Translations under genes and position numbers: made by a program
The notes under the pieces: generated by a model
What the model saw: the letters and a program-made list of their open reading frames with translations, nothing else
Database searches by the model: none
What the model was told of the DNA's origin: nothing
Assembly (NCBI GenBank): GCA_001750625.1
Contig: MEIE01000003.1
Span: 4,852-68,851 of the forward strand
Origin: Candidatus Amphirhobacter heronislandensis
GTDB taxonomy: Bacteria; Pseudomonadota; Gammaproteobacteria; Tethybacterales; Tethybacteraceae
Direction of reading: 5' to 3'
DNA: 64,000 nucleotides
Shown here: positions 1 through 9,409 of the stretch, in pieces
How positions within the stretch are numbered: position 1 is the stretch's first letter
Layout of the letters: each line of letters begins with the position of its first letter

Positions 1-61
1 CCATGCCGGCGGCGCCCAGCGCCGCGCAGGCTGCCTTTGCCGCGGCCGCCGCCGCGCTCGA

Positions 62-1600
62 TCAGTCCGGGCGGGAGAGCTTGGTGTCGGCGAGGAACAT
101 GCCGTAGGCGGCGTTGCCGCTGACGGGCCAGTAGGGATAGCCGATCGCGTCGAAGGCCTGCGTCAGCTGCCGGCGCTGGCCGGGCTCGGCCTGGAAGCCG
201 ATGAGGACGCGGCCGACGTCGGCGCCGTGGAAGCGGTAGTGGAACAGCGAGATGTTCCAGTCCTTCTGCAGCCGGCTGAGGAAGTTCAGCAGGGCGCCGG
301 CGGTCTCGGGGAACTCGAAGCGGTAGACGAGCTCGTTGATCCCGACCGAGGTCCGGCCGCCGACCATGTGGCGGACGTGCAGCTCGGCGGTCTCGTCGCC
401 GGTGAGGTCATGGGCGGTGATGCCGCGCTTGGCGAGGTTGTCGACGATCTGGCGGCGCTCGGCCTGGTCCTTGACCGAGATGCCGGCGAAGATGTGCGCC
501 TGCGAGCTGTCCGAGTAGCGGTAGTTGAACTCGCGCACCTGGCGCTTGCCAAGCAGGCGGCACAGCTTGAGGAAGCTGCCCGGCCGCTCGGGGATCTCGG
601 CGGCGAGCAGCATTTCGGAATCCTCGCCGGCGGCGCTGCGCTCGATCACGTAGCGCAGGGCGTCGAAGTTCATGTTGGCGCCGCAGACCACCGGGACCAG
701 GTCGCCGCCCTTGTGGCGGCCGGCCGCATGATAGGCGCGGGCGCCGGCGACGCCGAGGGCGCCGGCGGGCTCGACGATGGTCCGGGTGTCCTCGTAGACC
801 GCCTTGATGGCGTTGCAGATCGCGCCGATGTCGACGACGAACATGCCGTCGACCGCCTCCTTGCAGATGCGGAAGTTGCGGGTCCCGGCCTGCGCGACCG
901 CGACGGTCTCGGCGAAGGTGCCGACGTAGTCGAGCTTCGCGAGCCGGCCCTTGCGCAGCGCGAGGTCCATGCAGGCGGCGTCGACCGGCTCGACCCCGAA
1001 GACCTTGATGCCCGGCCGCAGGTGCTTGATCACCGCCGCGATGCCGGCGAGCAGGCCGCCGCCGCCGCAGGCGACGAAGACCGCCTCGGTCGAGGGCGGC
1101 ATCTCGCGCAGCAGCTCGGCGCCGATGGTCGCCTGGCCGCAGATGACGTCGTAGTCGTCGAAGGGATGGAACAGCGGCAGGTCGTGCTTGCGGGCGTGGG
1201 CGCGGGCGGCCTTGAGGGTCTGGTCGAAGCCGTTGCCATGCAAGAAGACCTTGGCGCCCATCGCGTCGACGGCCTGGATCTTGATCGAGGGCGTGTGCTC
1301 GGGCATGAAGATGTGGCTGGGCAGCCCCAGGGCGCGGGCGGCGTGGGCGACGCCCTGGGCGTGGTTGCCGGCCGAGGCGGCGACGACGCCGCGGCGGCGC
1401 GCGGCGGCCGGCAGCTTGAGCATCTTGTGGTAGGCGCCCCGGACCTTGAAGGAGAAGACCGGCTGCTGGTCCTCGCGCTTGAGCAGCACCCGGCAGCCGA
1501 GCTCGGCGCCCAGCCGCGCCGCCTCGGTGAGCGGCGTGGCCCGCAGGTGCTGGTAGATCGGGCTGGTGAGGGCCTCGCTGACGATGGCGGCGGTTTTCAT
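62..1600 (-). CDS. ilvA: Threonine ammonia-lyase (biosynthetic threonine dehydratase)
   Basis: 512-aa ORF with the PLP-lysine motif FSFKVRGAYHKM and GNHAQGVA. The long C-terminal regulatory half is typical of IlvA. Confidence 0.9.
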   Translation of the reverse strand: MKTAAIVSEALTSPIYQHLRATPLTEAARLGAELGCRVLLKREDQQPVFSFKVRGAYHKMLKLPAAARRRGVVAASAGNHAQGVAHAARALGLPSHIFMPEHTPSIKIQAVDAMGAKVFLHGNGFDQTLKAARAHARKHDLPLFHPFDDYDVICGQATIGAELLREMPPSTEAVFVACGGGGLLAGIAAVIKHLRPGIKVFGVEPVDAACMDLALRKGRLAKLDYVGTFAETVAVAQAGTRNFRICKEAVDGMFVVDIGAICNAIKAVYEDTRTIVEPAGALGVAGARAYHAAGRHKGGDLVPVVCGANMNFDALRYVIERSAAGEDSEMLLAAEIPERPGSFLKLCRLLGKRQVREFNYRYSDSSQAHIFAGISVKDQAERRQIVDNLAKRGITAHDLTGDETAELHVRHMVGGRTSVGINELVYRFEFPETAGALLNFLSRLQKDWNISLFHYRFHGADVGRVLIGFQAEPGQRRQLTQAFDAIGYPYWPVSGNAAYGMFLADTKLSRPD

Positions 1601-1609
1601 GGCAGGGCT

Positions 1610-1623
1610 ATTCTATTTAGAAT
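1610..1623. promoter_or_regulatory. Back-to-back divergent -10 boxes (ATTCTA-TT-TAGAAT palindrome) for ilvA and rpiA
   Basis: TAGAAT at 1618-1623 lies 6 nt before the rpiA ATG (1630). Its reverse complement at 1610-1615 lies 9 nt before the ilvA ATG (1600). The intergenic region is only 29 bp. Confidence 0.45.
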
Positions 1624-1629
1624 ACGGAC

Positions 1630-2295
1630 ATGGGCATCGATGCGGCGGCGCAGAAACAGCTCGCGGCGCGCGCCGCGCTCGCCTTCGTCAAGGAGGGCAT
1701 GACCCTTGGCATCGGCACCGGCTCGACCGTCGACGCCTTCATCGAAGTCCTCGCCGAGGCCCCGCGCGCGGCCCGGCATGTCGCGAGCTCCGAGCGCAGC
1801 GCGGCCCGCCTCGCCGAGCGCGGCTTCGACTGCGTCGGCCTCAACGACACCGACGGCCTCGACCTGTACGTCGACGGCGCCGACGAGTACACCGAGCGCT
1901 TCACGCTGCTAAAAGGCGGCGGCGGCGCGCACGTGAGGGAAAAGGTCCTCGCCGCCGCGGCCCGCAGCTTCGTGGTGATCGCCGACGCCTCGAAGAAGGT
2001 CGACGTCCTCGGCGCCTTCCCGGTCGCGGTCGAGGTCCTGCCGCTGGCGCGCTCGGCGGTCGCCCGCAAGCTGGCGGCGCTGGGCGCCCGGCCGGACCTG
2101 CGCACCGGCTTCACCACCGACGAGGGCAATCTCATCCTCGACTGCGCGGGCTTTGCGATCACCGACGCCGCCGAACTCGAGCGCGACATCTGCGCGCTGC
2201 CGGGCGTGGTCGACTGCGGGATCTGCGCGCTGCGGCCCGCGGACGTGATCCTCGCGGCCGGGCCCGACGGCGAGGTCATCAAGCTGGTCCGCTAG
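1630..2295 (+). CDS. rpiA: Ribose-5-phosphate isomerase A
   Basis: 221-aa ORF with the GIGTGSTV phosphate-binding motif, DGADE and LLKGGGGA motifs. Confidence 0.9.
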   Translation: MGIDAAAQKQLAARAALAFVKEGMTLGIGTGSTVDAFIEVLAEAPRAARHVASSERSAARLAERGFDCVGLNDTDGLDLYVDGADEYTERFTLLKGGGGAHVREKVLAAAARSFVVIADASKKVDVLGAFPVAVEVLPLARSAVARKLAALGARPDLRTGFTTDEGNLILDCAGFAITDAAELERDICALPGVVDCGICALRPADVILAAGPDGEVIKLVR

Positions 2296-2854
2296 CGAGG
2301 CGGCGCCAGCAGGGGCTGGCCGCCATCGGGCCGGCCGCGAAGGCCGCCAGCGCCGCGGCGTAGACCGGCCGCTTGAACTCGACGATCCGCGCCAGCGCGT
2401 CCGCCGGCCGCCGCCAGCGCAGCTCCTCGAACTCGCGGTCCGGGGCGCGGGCGAGCAGGGCGGCGAGGTCGACGCCGGGGTCGGTGAGCCGCAGCAGGAA
2501 CCACGCCTGGATCTGGCCCTTGTTGCCGCGCTTGTCGGCGTCGGCGGTGGCGCCGCGCAGCGCGGCGGGGATGTCGTAGGCCAGCCAGCGCGGCGCGTGC
2601 GCGACCGCCTCGACCTGGCGGGGGGACAGGCCGGTCTCTTCGCGCAGCTCGCGCAGGCAGGCGGCGCGCGGGGTCTCGCCGGGCTGGATTCCTCCCTGGG
2701 GGTACTGCCAGGCCCGCGACCGGGTGCCGGCGCGGCGGGCGCTCAGGGTGTGGCCGTCGGCCCGGCAGACCACCACCGCGCAGCACGGGCGGTAGCGCGC
2801 GCGCGGCGAAGCGGCGAGCGGCAGGTCGGGGTCGAGGACGGGGCCGGCGCTCAT
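2279..2854 (-). CDS. rppH: RNA pyrophosphohydrolase / NUDIX hydrolase
   Basis: Nudix box GGIQPGETPRAACLRELREETGL. The size and the WQYPQGG context are typical of RppH/NudH. Confidence 0.75.
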   Translation of the reverse strand: MSAGPVLDPDLPLAASPRARYRPCCAVVVCRADGHTLSARRAGTRSRAWQYPQGGIQPGETPRAACLRELREETGLSPRQVEAVAHAPRWLAYDIPAALRGATADADKRGNKGQIQAWFLLRLTDPGVDLAALLARAPDREFEELRWRRPADALARIVEFKRPVYAAALAAFAAGPMAASPCWRRLASGPA

Positions 2855-2934
2855 GCGCGGCGGCGGGGAAGGATGAAGAGGGTGGAAATGGCTGACAGGC
2901 GGGGCCGGCCAAGCGACCGGGCGTCGCGAAGAAG

Positions 2935-3298
2935 TGGTGGAGGCGGGGAGATTCGAACTCCCTTCCGCATATCTTCAACAGCAGGATCTACGTGCGTAGC
3001 CGGCGTTTTGAAAAAATTCCGCCCCGCGTTTCGCTAGCCGGCGAACTAAGTCCGCAGGACGTAACGGAGAAAATTTAACCGTCAGGGTCTCCGCGCCCCT
3101 GGCGGCGATTTCGTTAAATGAACCTGGATTCGAGACACGAAAACATCCCGGTCCAGGTCTAGAGCCTAGGATTAGGCAGCTAGGGCAAAGTATTCGTCGT
3201 TCGCGTTTACTTTAGGTTCCAAGTTTGATTGACAAGGCTCCTGGCGCCTTGGCACGCACCTACGGCATCAACATACACGTCGAAACCGGTGCGCCCCC
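2935..3298 (-). ncRNA. ssrA: tmRNA (SsrA)
   Basis: On the minus strand the 5' end reads GGGGGCGCACCGGTTTCGACG and the 3' tRNA-Ala-like end reads GGAGTTCGAATCTCCCCGCCTCCACCA. The internal tag ORF (3204..3172) is GCG AAC GAC GAA TAC TTT GCC CTA GCT GCC TAA, giving ANDEYFALAA*. Confidence 0.92.
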
Positions 3299-3322
3299 AG
3301 ATTGTTGCAGAACAGTGTCCCG

Positions 3323-3351
3323 ATTCTAAGCCAAAACCGGGCCCGATTCAA
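3323..3351 (-). promoter_or_regulatory. Putative sigma70 promoter of ssrA
   Basis: On the minus strand, TTGAAT (3351..3346), a 17-nt spacer, then TAGAAT (3328..3323). The -10 box lies about 24 nt upstream of the mature tmRNA 5' end. Confidence 0.5.
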
Positions 3352-3357
3352 GTCCGC

Positions 3358-3978
3358 TCAGCTCGGCGCCACCGGCACCGTCTCGCGGACCGCGGCGTGC
3401 TCGGCCGCCAGGGCGTCGTGCCAAGCGGCGAGATCGGCCCACTTTGCCCGCCATGGCAGCTCCGCCGCCAGGCGGAAATCCATGAAGCCGAGCATCGCGG
3501 CGACGCCCAGGTCCAGCATGCTCAGGGCGCCGGCCGTCCCGTAGGCGCCGCCGTCCCGCAGCCGCTCGAACTCGGCGATGCCCGCTTCGATTTTCGCCAG
3601 GTGCCAGTCCTGCAGCTTGGCCGGCAGCTCGGCGCCGACCAGGCGGGAGCCGGCGATCGCGGCGCCCGATGCGATCACGTCGCGGGCCAACCCGCAGGCC
3701 GAGCGCATCCGCAGCCGTTCGGGCTCGGCCGCCGGCAGCAGCGGCGCCGCGCCGAGGGAATCGAGGTGCTCGGCGATGACCGCCGAATCGACGATGGCGG
3801 TCCCGTCCTCGAGCAGCAGCGCCGGGACCTTGCCCAGCGGGCTGATCCCCGCGAGCGGCGCGCGGTCCTGCCAGGGGTTGACGATCTCCTCGGCGACGTC
3901 GAGGCCGTGCAGGCGCCAGACCATCCGTGGCAGCCGGCCCAGCGGCGTGGTCAGCGAGGTAAGCAGCCGCAGGGCCAT
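3358..3978 (-). CDS. Glutathione S-transferase family protein
   Basis: 206-aa ORF. The N-terminal thioredoxin-like GST motif is ISPLGKVPALLLEDGTAIVDSAVIAEHLD. Confidence 0.7.
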   Translation of the reverse strand: MALRLLTSLTTPLGRLPRMVWRLHGLDVAEEIVNPWQDRAPLAGISPLGKVPALLLEDGTAIVDSAVIAEHLDSLGAAPLLPAAEPERLRMRSACGLARDVIASGAAIAGSRLVGAELPAKLQDWHLAKIEAGIAEFERLRDGGAYGTAGALSMLDLGVAAMLGFMDFRLAAELPWRAKWADLAAWHDALAAEHAAVRETVPVAPS

Positions 3979-3979
3979 C

Positions 3980-5047
3980 TCAGGCCCGGCCGGTCTGGCC
4001 GCGGTGCCGCAGCAGATGGTCGGCGAGGGTCAGCGCCAGCATCGCCTCGGCGATCGGCGGCGCGCGCAGGCCGACGCAGGGGTCGTGGCGGCCCTTGGTC
4101 GCGACTTTGACCGGCTTGCCCTCGACGTCGACCGAGTCCTTGGGGGTGGTGATGCTCGAGGTCGGCTTGAGCGTCATGCGCGCGACGACGTCCTGGCCGG
4201 TCGAGATGCCGCCGAGGACGCCGCCGGCGTTGTTGCTGCGGAACTCGCCGAGGCCGGTCATCTCGTCGCCGTGGGCGCTGCCGCGGGCGGCCGCGGCGGC
4301 GGTCCCGGCGCCGACCTCGACCGCCTTGACCGCGTTGATGCTCATCAGCGCCTTGGCGATGTCGGCGTCCAGCCGGTCGAAGACCGGCTCGCCCAGCCCG
4401 GCGGGGACGCCGCGCGCCTCGACGTGGACCACCGCGCCGCAGGAGTCGCCGTCCTTGCGCAGGGCGGCGATGTGCGCCTCGATCGCGTCGCGCTGGCCGG
4501 CCTGCGGGCAGAAGTACGGGTCGTCGCCGGCGGCGGCGACGTCGTCGAGCGCGAAGGCCAGCTCGCCGATGCTCGCGACGCAGCCGAAGACCTCGGCGCC
4601 GGCGATTTCGCGCAGGACCATCCTCGCGACGGCGCCGGCGGCGACCCGGGCGGCGGTCTCGCGCGCCGAGGCGCGGCCCGAGCCGCGGTGGTCGCGGATG
4701 CCGTACTTCTTCCAGTAGCTGTAGTCGGCGTGCCCCGGCCGGAAGCGGTCCTTGATCTCGGCGTAGTCGCCGGGCTTGGCGTCGTTGTTGCGGATCAGCA
4801 TCATCAGGGGCGTCCCGGTGGTCCTGCCCTCGAAGGTCCCCGCCAGGATCTCGGCGTCGTCGGTCTCCTTGCGCTGCGAGACCGCCTGGCTGGCGCCGGG
4901 GCGGCGGCGGCGCAGGTCGCGGCGGATCAGCTCCTCGTCGAGGACGATCCCCGGCGGACAGCCGTCGATCACCACGCCGAGCGCCGGGCCGTGGCTCTCG
5001 CCGAAGGTCGTGATGCGGAAAAGCTGCCCGAAGCTGTTGCCTGCCAT
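3980..5047 (-). CDS. aroC: Chorismate synthase
   Basis: 355-aa ORF starting [33 protein letters not shown], with RPGHADY and GRHDPCV motifs. Confidence 0.95.
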   Translation of the reverse strand: MAGNSFGQLFRITTFGESHGPALGVVIDGCPPGIVLDEELIRRDLRRRRPGASQAVSQRKETDDAEILAGTFEGRTTGTPLMMLIRNNDAKPGDYAEIKDRFRPGHADYSYWKKYGIRDHRGSGRASARETAARVAAGAVARMVLREIAGAEVFGCVASIGELAFALDDVAAAGDDPYFCPQAGQRDAIEAHIAALRKDGDSCGAVVHVEARGVPAGLGEPVFDRLDADIAKALMSINAVKAVEVGAGTAAAAARGSAHGDEMTGLGEFRSNNAGGVLGGISTGQDVVARMTLKPTSSITTPKDSVDVEGKPVKVATKGRHDPCVGLRAPPIAEAMLALTLADHLLRHRGQTGRA

Positions 5048-5113
5048 GCTCTGGATTCTAGATGCGAACTCTTACAATTGCGGTCGCCGGCTGGATTCTA
5101 AAAGGAGGAAGCC

Positions 5114-5758
5114 TTGATCGACCTGCACTACTGGTTCACGCCCAACGGCGACAAGCCGCTGATCTTCGTCCACGAGGCCGGGCTCGAGCACCGCGTCAAG
5201 ACCGTCGACATCGGCAAGGACGAGCAGTTCGCGCCCGCTTTTTTGGCGATCGCGCCGAACAACCGCATCCCGGCGATCGTCGACCACGCCCCCGCCGACG
5301 GCGGGGCGCCGGTGTCGGTCTTCGAGTCGGGCGCCATCCTGCTGTACCTCGCCGAGAAGACCGGCCGCTTCGTTCCCGCCGACGCCCGCCTGCGCATCCA
5401 GGCCGTCGAATGGCTGATGTGGCAGATGGGCGGCTTCGGGCCGATGCTCGGCCAGGCCCATCATTTCCGCGTCTTCGCGCCCGAGCAGGTGCCCTACGGC
5501 ATCGAGCGCTACACCAAGGAGGCGCAGCGGCTGTACGGCGTGCTCGAGCGCCGGCTCGCCGGCCGCGACTGGCTCGCGGACGAGTACTCGGTCGCCGACA
5601 TGGCCGCCTGGCCCTGGTCGCGCAGCTTCGAGATGCAGGGCGTCGAGATTGAGAAATTCCCCGCGGTCGCGGCCTGGCAGAAGCGCATGGAGGAGCGGCC
5701 GGCGGTCGCCGCCGCGCTGGCCGCAAAAGAGCGGCTGCAGCAGCAGCGGCAGGCCTAG
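5114..5758 (+). CDS. Glutathione S-transferase family protein (YfcG/Nu-class-like)
   Basis: 214-aa ORF with a TTG start 6 nt after AGGAGG. Motifs include TPNGDKP, IAPNNRIPAIVDH and FESGAILLYLAEK. Confidence 0.75.
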   Translation: MIDLHYWFTPNGDKPLIFVHEAGLEHRVKTVDIGKDEQFAPAFLAIAPNNRIPAIVDHAPADGGAPVSVFESGAILLYLAEKTGRFVPADARLRIQAVEWLMWQMGGFGPMLGQAHHFRVFAPEQVPYGIERYTKEAQRLYGVLERRLAGRDWLADEYSVADMAAWPWSRSFEMQGVEIEKFPAVAAWQKRMEERPAVAAALAAKERLQQQRQA

Positions 5759-7425
5759 GCCGGCAGCCGCGCCTGGACCGCGACGAAGGGCAGGTCCCCG
5801 TCGCTGCGGCTGTCGAGGCTGGTCGCGTAGACCAGCCGCGCCTCGGCCTGGCCGTCGAGGTCCTCGCGGCCCCAGCCGAACAGCTCGGCGCCCTCGAGCC
5901 CGAGCCGGTAGTTGTAGCCGGTGCGCGCCCGCGTCGGCCGGCAGGAAATGACGCGGAAGGTGTTGACGAACAGCGGCGCCGGCATCTCCTCCTTGCCCCA
6001 GGGCAGGTCGTCGAACTGCTCGATCGAGCCGTCGCCGAGCTCGGCGAGGCTGGGCTCGGCGTCTACCGTGATCTCGTCGCGGCCGCCGTCCGCCGGCCCG
6101 CCGTGCTTGGCGCAGGCGGCCGCGAACAGCTCGCGGAAGCGCTCGACCGGCCCGCGCAGCCGGACGCCGGCCGCGGCGCGGTGGCCGCCCCAGCGCTGGA
6201 TGAGCTCGGGGTCGGCGCGGGCGACCTCCTCCATCACCATGTCCAGCGGCACCGCCGCGGTGCTGCGCATCGAGCCGCGGGTGCCGACGTTGTCGGTGCA
6301 CAGGATCGCCGCCGGCACGCCGTGGCGCCCGGCGAGCTGGCTGGCGGTGATGCCGACCAGGCCGGCGTCCCACTCGGGCGAGTGCAGGACGATGCCGGCG
6401 CCCGGATCGCCGTCCTCGGCGAGCAGCGCCAGCGCGTCCTCGAGCATCTGCTGGCTCTTGATGCGCCGGTCCATGTTGGTCGCCTTGAGCTCGTTGGCGC
6501 AGGAGCGGGCCTCGCCCATGCTCTCGGCGAGCAGCGCCTGCATCGCGATCTCGGTCCGGTGCATGCGCCGCGCGCTGTTGAGCATCGGCCCGATGCGGAA
6601 GTTCAGGTCGCGGAACGGGCAAAAATCGATGTCGCGGCCGATCATCGCCTGGATGGCGGGACGGCAGCGCCGCTTGCGGATGCGGTCGATGCCGGCGATC
6701 GCCAGGCCGCGGTTGATCGGCTGGTCCAGCGGCATGACGTCGGTCATGGTCGCGACCGCGACCAGGTCGAGGTATTTGTCGATGGAGGTCTCCGTGGCGC
6801 GCAGGCGGAAGACCTCCTTGAACAGGACGTAGGCCACCGCGGTCCCGCAGATCTCGGCCTTGGGCAGGCCGCAGCCCTCGAGGTGCGGGTTGACGACCGC
6901 CGCCGCCTCGACGACCTTGCCGTCCTCGGGCGGGTGGTGGTCGGTGACGACGACCTTGACGCCGAGCTCCTTGGCGCGCGCGGCGCCGGCGTGGGCGCTG
7001 ACGCCGCCGTCGACGGTGATGATCAGCTTGGCGCCGTCCTGGCTGGCGCGGTCGACCAGCGCCGGGTCGAGGCTGCGCTCCTCGTAGTCGGGGTCCGACA
7101 GCAGCCAGGCCGAGTCGGCGCCGAGGCTGCGCAGCGCGAGCGTCGCGAGCGCGGTGGCGCAGACGCCGTCGGCGTCGTAGTCGCCGATGACGCAGATGCG
7201 CTCCTTGGCCTCGATGGCGTCCGCGACCAGGCGCGCGGCCGCGTGGGCCGGGCTGCCGTCGGGGATGGCGAGCTCGGGCAGGCCGGGGGCGATGTCCTCG
7301 GGCTTGGCGAAGCCGCGGGTCGCGAGCACGGCCGCGGCGAGCGGATGGTAGCCGATCTCGCGCAGCTGGGCGGCGGAGTCGGGGCTGGCCGCGCGCAGGA
7401 CGGCGCGGCTGGGATTGGCGGGCAT
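5755..7425 (-). CDS. recJ: Single-stranded-DNA-specific exonuclease RecJ
   Basis: 556-aa ORF with DHH-family motifs GDYDADGVCA, ITVDGG and VVVTDHH. Confidence 0.9.
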   Translation of the reverse strand: MPANPSRAVLRAASPDSAAQLREIGYHPLAAAVLATRGFAKPEDIAPGLPELAIPDGSPAHAAARLVADAIEAKERICVIGDYDADGVCATALATLALRSLGADSAWLLSDPDYEERSLDPALVDRASQDGAKLIITVDGGVSAHAGAARAKELGVKVVVTDHHPPEDGKVVEAAAVVNPHLEGCGLPKAEICGTAVAYVLFKEVFRLRATETSIDKYLDLVAVATMTDVMPLDQPINRGLAIAGIDRIRKRRCRPAIQAMIGRDIDFCPFRDLNFRIGPMLNSARRMHRTEIAMQALLAESMGEARSCANELKATNMDRRIKSQQMLEDALALLAEDGDPGAGIVLHSPEWDAGLVGITASQLAGRHGVPAAILCTDNVGTRGSMRSTAAVPLDMVMEEVARADPELIQRWGGHRAAAGVRLRGPVERFRELFAAACAKHGGPADGGRDEITVDAEPSLAELGDGSIEQFDDLPWGKEEMPAPLFVNTFRVISCRPTRARTGYNYRLGLEGAELFGWGREDLDGQAEARLVYATSLDSRSDGDLPFVAVQARLPA

Positions 7426-7426
7426 G

Positions 7427-8212
7427 CTACTTGAAGTCGTCCTTCCAGGCGCGCAGGACGCGCAGTACCTGAGTCTTGGTTCCGAGGGGCTCCCCGGCGT
7501 GTTTTTCCGCCGCCTGCCGGACGGCGTCGACGCCGGCCCGCAGGAAGGGGTTGTAGGTGAACTCGTCGCCGAGCGTGGTCGGCAGCGTCGGCTTGCCCTC
7601 GGCGCGCAGCTTGGCCGCCTTGCGCTCCCAGGCGAGCAGGGCGGGGTTGTTGGGCTCGACTTCCTTGGCGAAGCGGATGTTGTCGAGGGTGTACTCGTGG
7701 CCGGCGCAGACCTCGAGGTTGTGGTCGAGGCCCTCGAGGATGCGGACGCCGTTGGCGAGGTCGGTCTCGTCGCCCTCGAACAGCCGGCCGCAGCCGCAGG
7801 AGAACAGCAGGTCGCCGGAAAACAGGACGCCGCCGCCGACGTAGATGAGGTGGTCCCTGGTGTGGCCGGGGGCGTGGTGGATCTTGAGGGTCTGGTCGTC
7901 GAGGCCGATCGGGCGGACCTCGTCGCCCTCGCCGATGACGATGTCGTCGAACAGCGTCTCGGAGTACTTCGACTCGTAGATGTTGGCGCGCGGGAAGCGG
8001 TCCATCAGCTCGGCGACGCCGCCGATGTGGTCGTCGTGCTTGTGGGTGAGGACGATGGCGCGCAGCTTGTGGCTGTCGTCGAGGTGGTCGATGACGGGCT
8101 GCGCCTCGCCGGGGTCGACCACGATGGTGTGGGGGCCGGCGCGGGCCACCCAGATGTAGTTGTCCTTGCCGCTGGGCAGCGGCGTTATGTCAAGCCGGTC
8201 CTGCATCGTCAA
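7427..8212 (-). CDS. gloB: Hydroxyacylglutathione hydrolase (glyoxalase II)
   Basis: 261-aa ORF with the metallo-beta-lactamase motif THKHDDHIGG and a conserved C-terminal glyoxalase II segment. The start is TTG at 8212 or ATG at 8206. Confidence 0.9.
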   Translation of the reverse strand: MTMQDRLDITPLPSGKDNYIWVARAGPHTIVVDPGEAQPVIDHLDDSHKLRAIVLTHKHDDHIGGVAELMDRFPRANIYESKYSETLFDDIVIGEGDEVRPIGLDDQTLKIHHAPGHTRDHLIYVGGGVLFSGDLLFSCGCGRLFEGDETDLANGVRILEGLDHNLEVCAGHEYTLDNIRFAKEVEPNNPALLAWERKAAKLRAEGKPTLPTTLGDEFTYNPFLRAGVDAVRQAAEKHAGEPLGTKTQVLRVLRAWKDDFK

Positions 8213-8250
8213 GGGCGATTTTATTGCAGTTCTTTTAGAATCGCACGGCC

Positions 8251-8967
8251 ATGACGCCGCAAGCCTGGTTCGCGGCCCCTGCGGGGCGCCACCTGGACCG
8301 GCTCGAGCGCGAGGCCCTGGCGCCGCTGCTGCAGCGGGAGTTCGGCTACTACGCGCTGCAGCTCGGCTGCTTCGAGCGGCCGCTGCTCGACGCCTCGCCG
8401 ATCATCAACAAGGCCCTGGTCGGCCGCGCGCGGCGCTGCGACGTCCAGGCCGACTACGCGGCCCTGCCCTTCGAGAACATGGCGGTGGACCTGGTGCTGC
8501 TCGCCCACGTCCTGGAGTTCGCGCCCGACCCGACGGCGGTGCTGCGCGAGGCCTTCAGGGTGCTGCGGCCGGAGGGGACGCTGGTGGTCATGGGCTTCAA
8601 CCCGGCGAGCGCCTACGGCCTGCGGCGGCGCTGCGACTTCGGCGGCGCCTGGCCCTGGCACGGCGAGTTCATCTTCAGCTGGCGCCTCAAGGACTGGTTT
8701 AGGCTGCTGGGCCTGGCGCCGAAGGGCGGCTCCTACCTGGGGCACGCGCCGCCGTGGCTGGGGATGGAGTCCGACTGGCTGCGCGACCGGCTCGAGCTGG
8801 CCGGCAGGCGCTGGAGCCCGCTGCTCGGCGGCGTCTACGTCCAGGCCGCGGCCAAGCGGGTGCCGGCGGTGCGGCTGCTCAAGGCGCCGTGGCGCGGCGA
8901 GCGCGAGAAGGAGGCGGCGGCCGCCCCGGCGGTGGTCAAGCGCGGCCGGCAGGACAGCGGTGGCTGA
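8251..8967 (+). CDS. Class I SAM-dependent methyltransferase
   Basis: 238-aa ORF with a methyltransferase-fold segment (VDLVLLAHVLEF...VLRPEGTLVV). It occupies the conserved position between gloB and rnhA. Confidence 0.6.
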   Translation: MTPQAWFAAPAGRHLDRLEREALAPLLQREFGYYALQLGCFERPLLDASPIINKALVGRARRCDVQADYAALPFENMAVDLVLLAHVLEFAPDPTAVLREAFRVLRPEGTLVVMGFNPASAYGLRRRCDFGGAWPWHGEFIFSWRLKDWFRLLGLAPKGGSYLGHAPPWLGMESDWLRDRLELAGRRWSPLLGGVYVQAAAKRVPAVRLLKAPWRGEREKEAAAAPAVVKRGRQDSGG

Positions 8968-9409
8968 GCGCACCGTCATCTACACCGACGGCTCGTGCCT
9001 GGGCAACCCCGGCCCGGGCGGCTGGGCCTGGCTGGTGCTGGCGGCGGACGAGGTCGGCGAAGCCGGCGCCGGCGGCGAGGCGCGCACGACCAACAACCGG
9101 ATGGAGCTGACCGCGGTGATCAAGGCGCTCGAGGCGCGCGCCGCGACCGAGGCGCTGCGGATCTGCACCGATTCGAGCTACGTCGTCAAGGGCATCACGA
9201 CCTGGCTGGAGGGCTGGAAGCGCCGCGGCTGGATGAGCGCCGGCAAGAAGCCGGTCGCCAACCAGGAATTGTGGCAGCGCCTCGACGCGCTCGCCGCCGG
9301 CCGCGACATCGACTTCGTCTGGGTCCGCGGCCACGCCGGCGAGCGCGGCAACGTCCTCGCCGACCAGGCCGCCCAGGAGCAGGCGCGGCGCCACGCCAAG
9401 GGCGGCTGA
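8960..9409 (+). CDS. rnhA: Ribonuclease HI
   Basis: 149-aa ORF with IYTDGSCLGNPGPGGWA, TNNRMEL and GHAGERGNVLAD motifs. Confidence 0.9.
   Translation: MAERTVIYTDGSCLGNPGPGGWAWLVLAADEVGEAGAGGEARTTNNRMELTAVIKALEARAATEALRICTDSSYVVKGITTWLEGWKRRGWMSAGKKPVANQELWQRLDALAAGRDIDFVWVRGHAGERGNVLADQAAQEQARRHAKGG

Noticed and set aside
1-61. Possible partial gene at the left edge
   Set aside because: Only 61 nt are available, and no frame gives a recognisable peptide.
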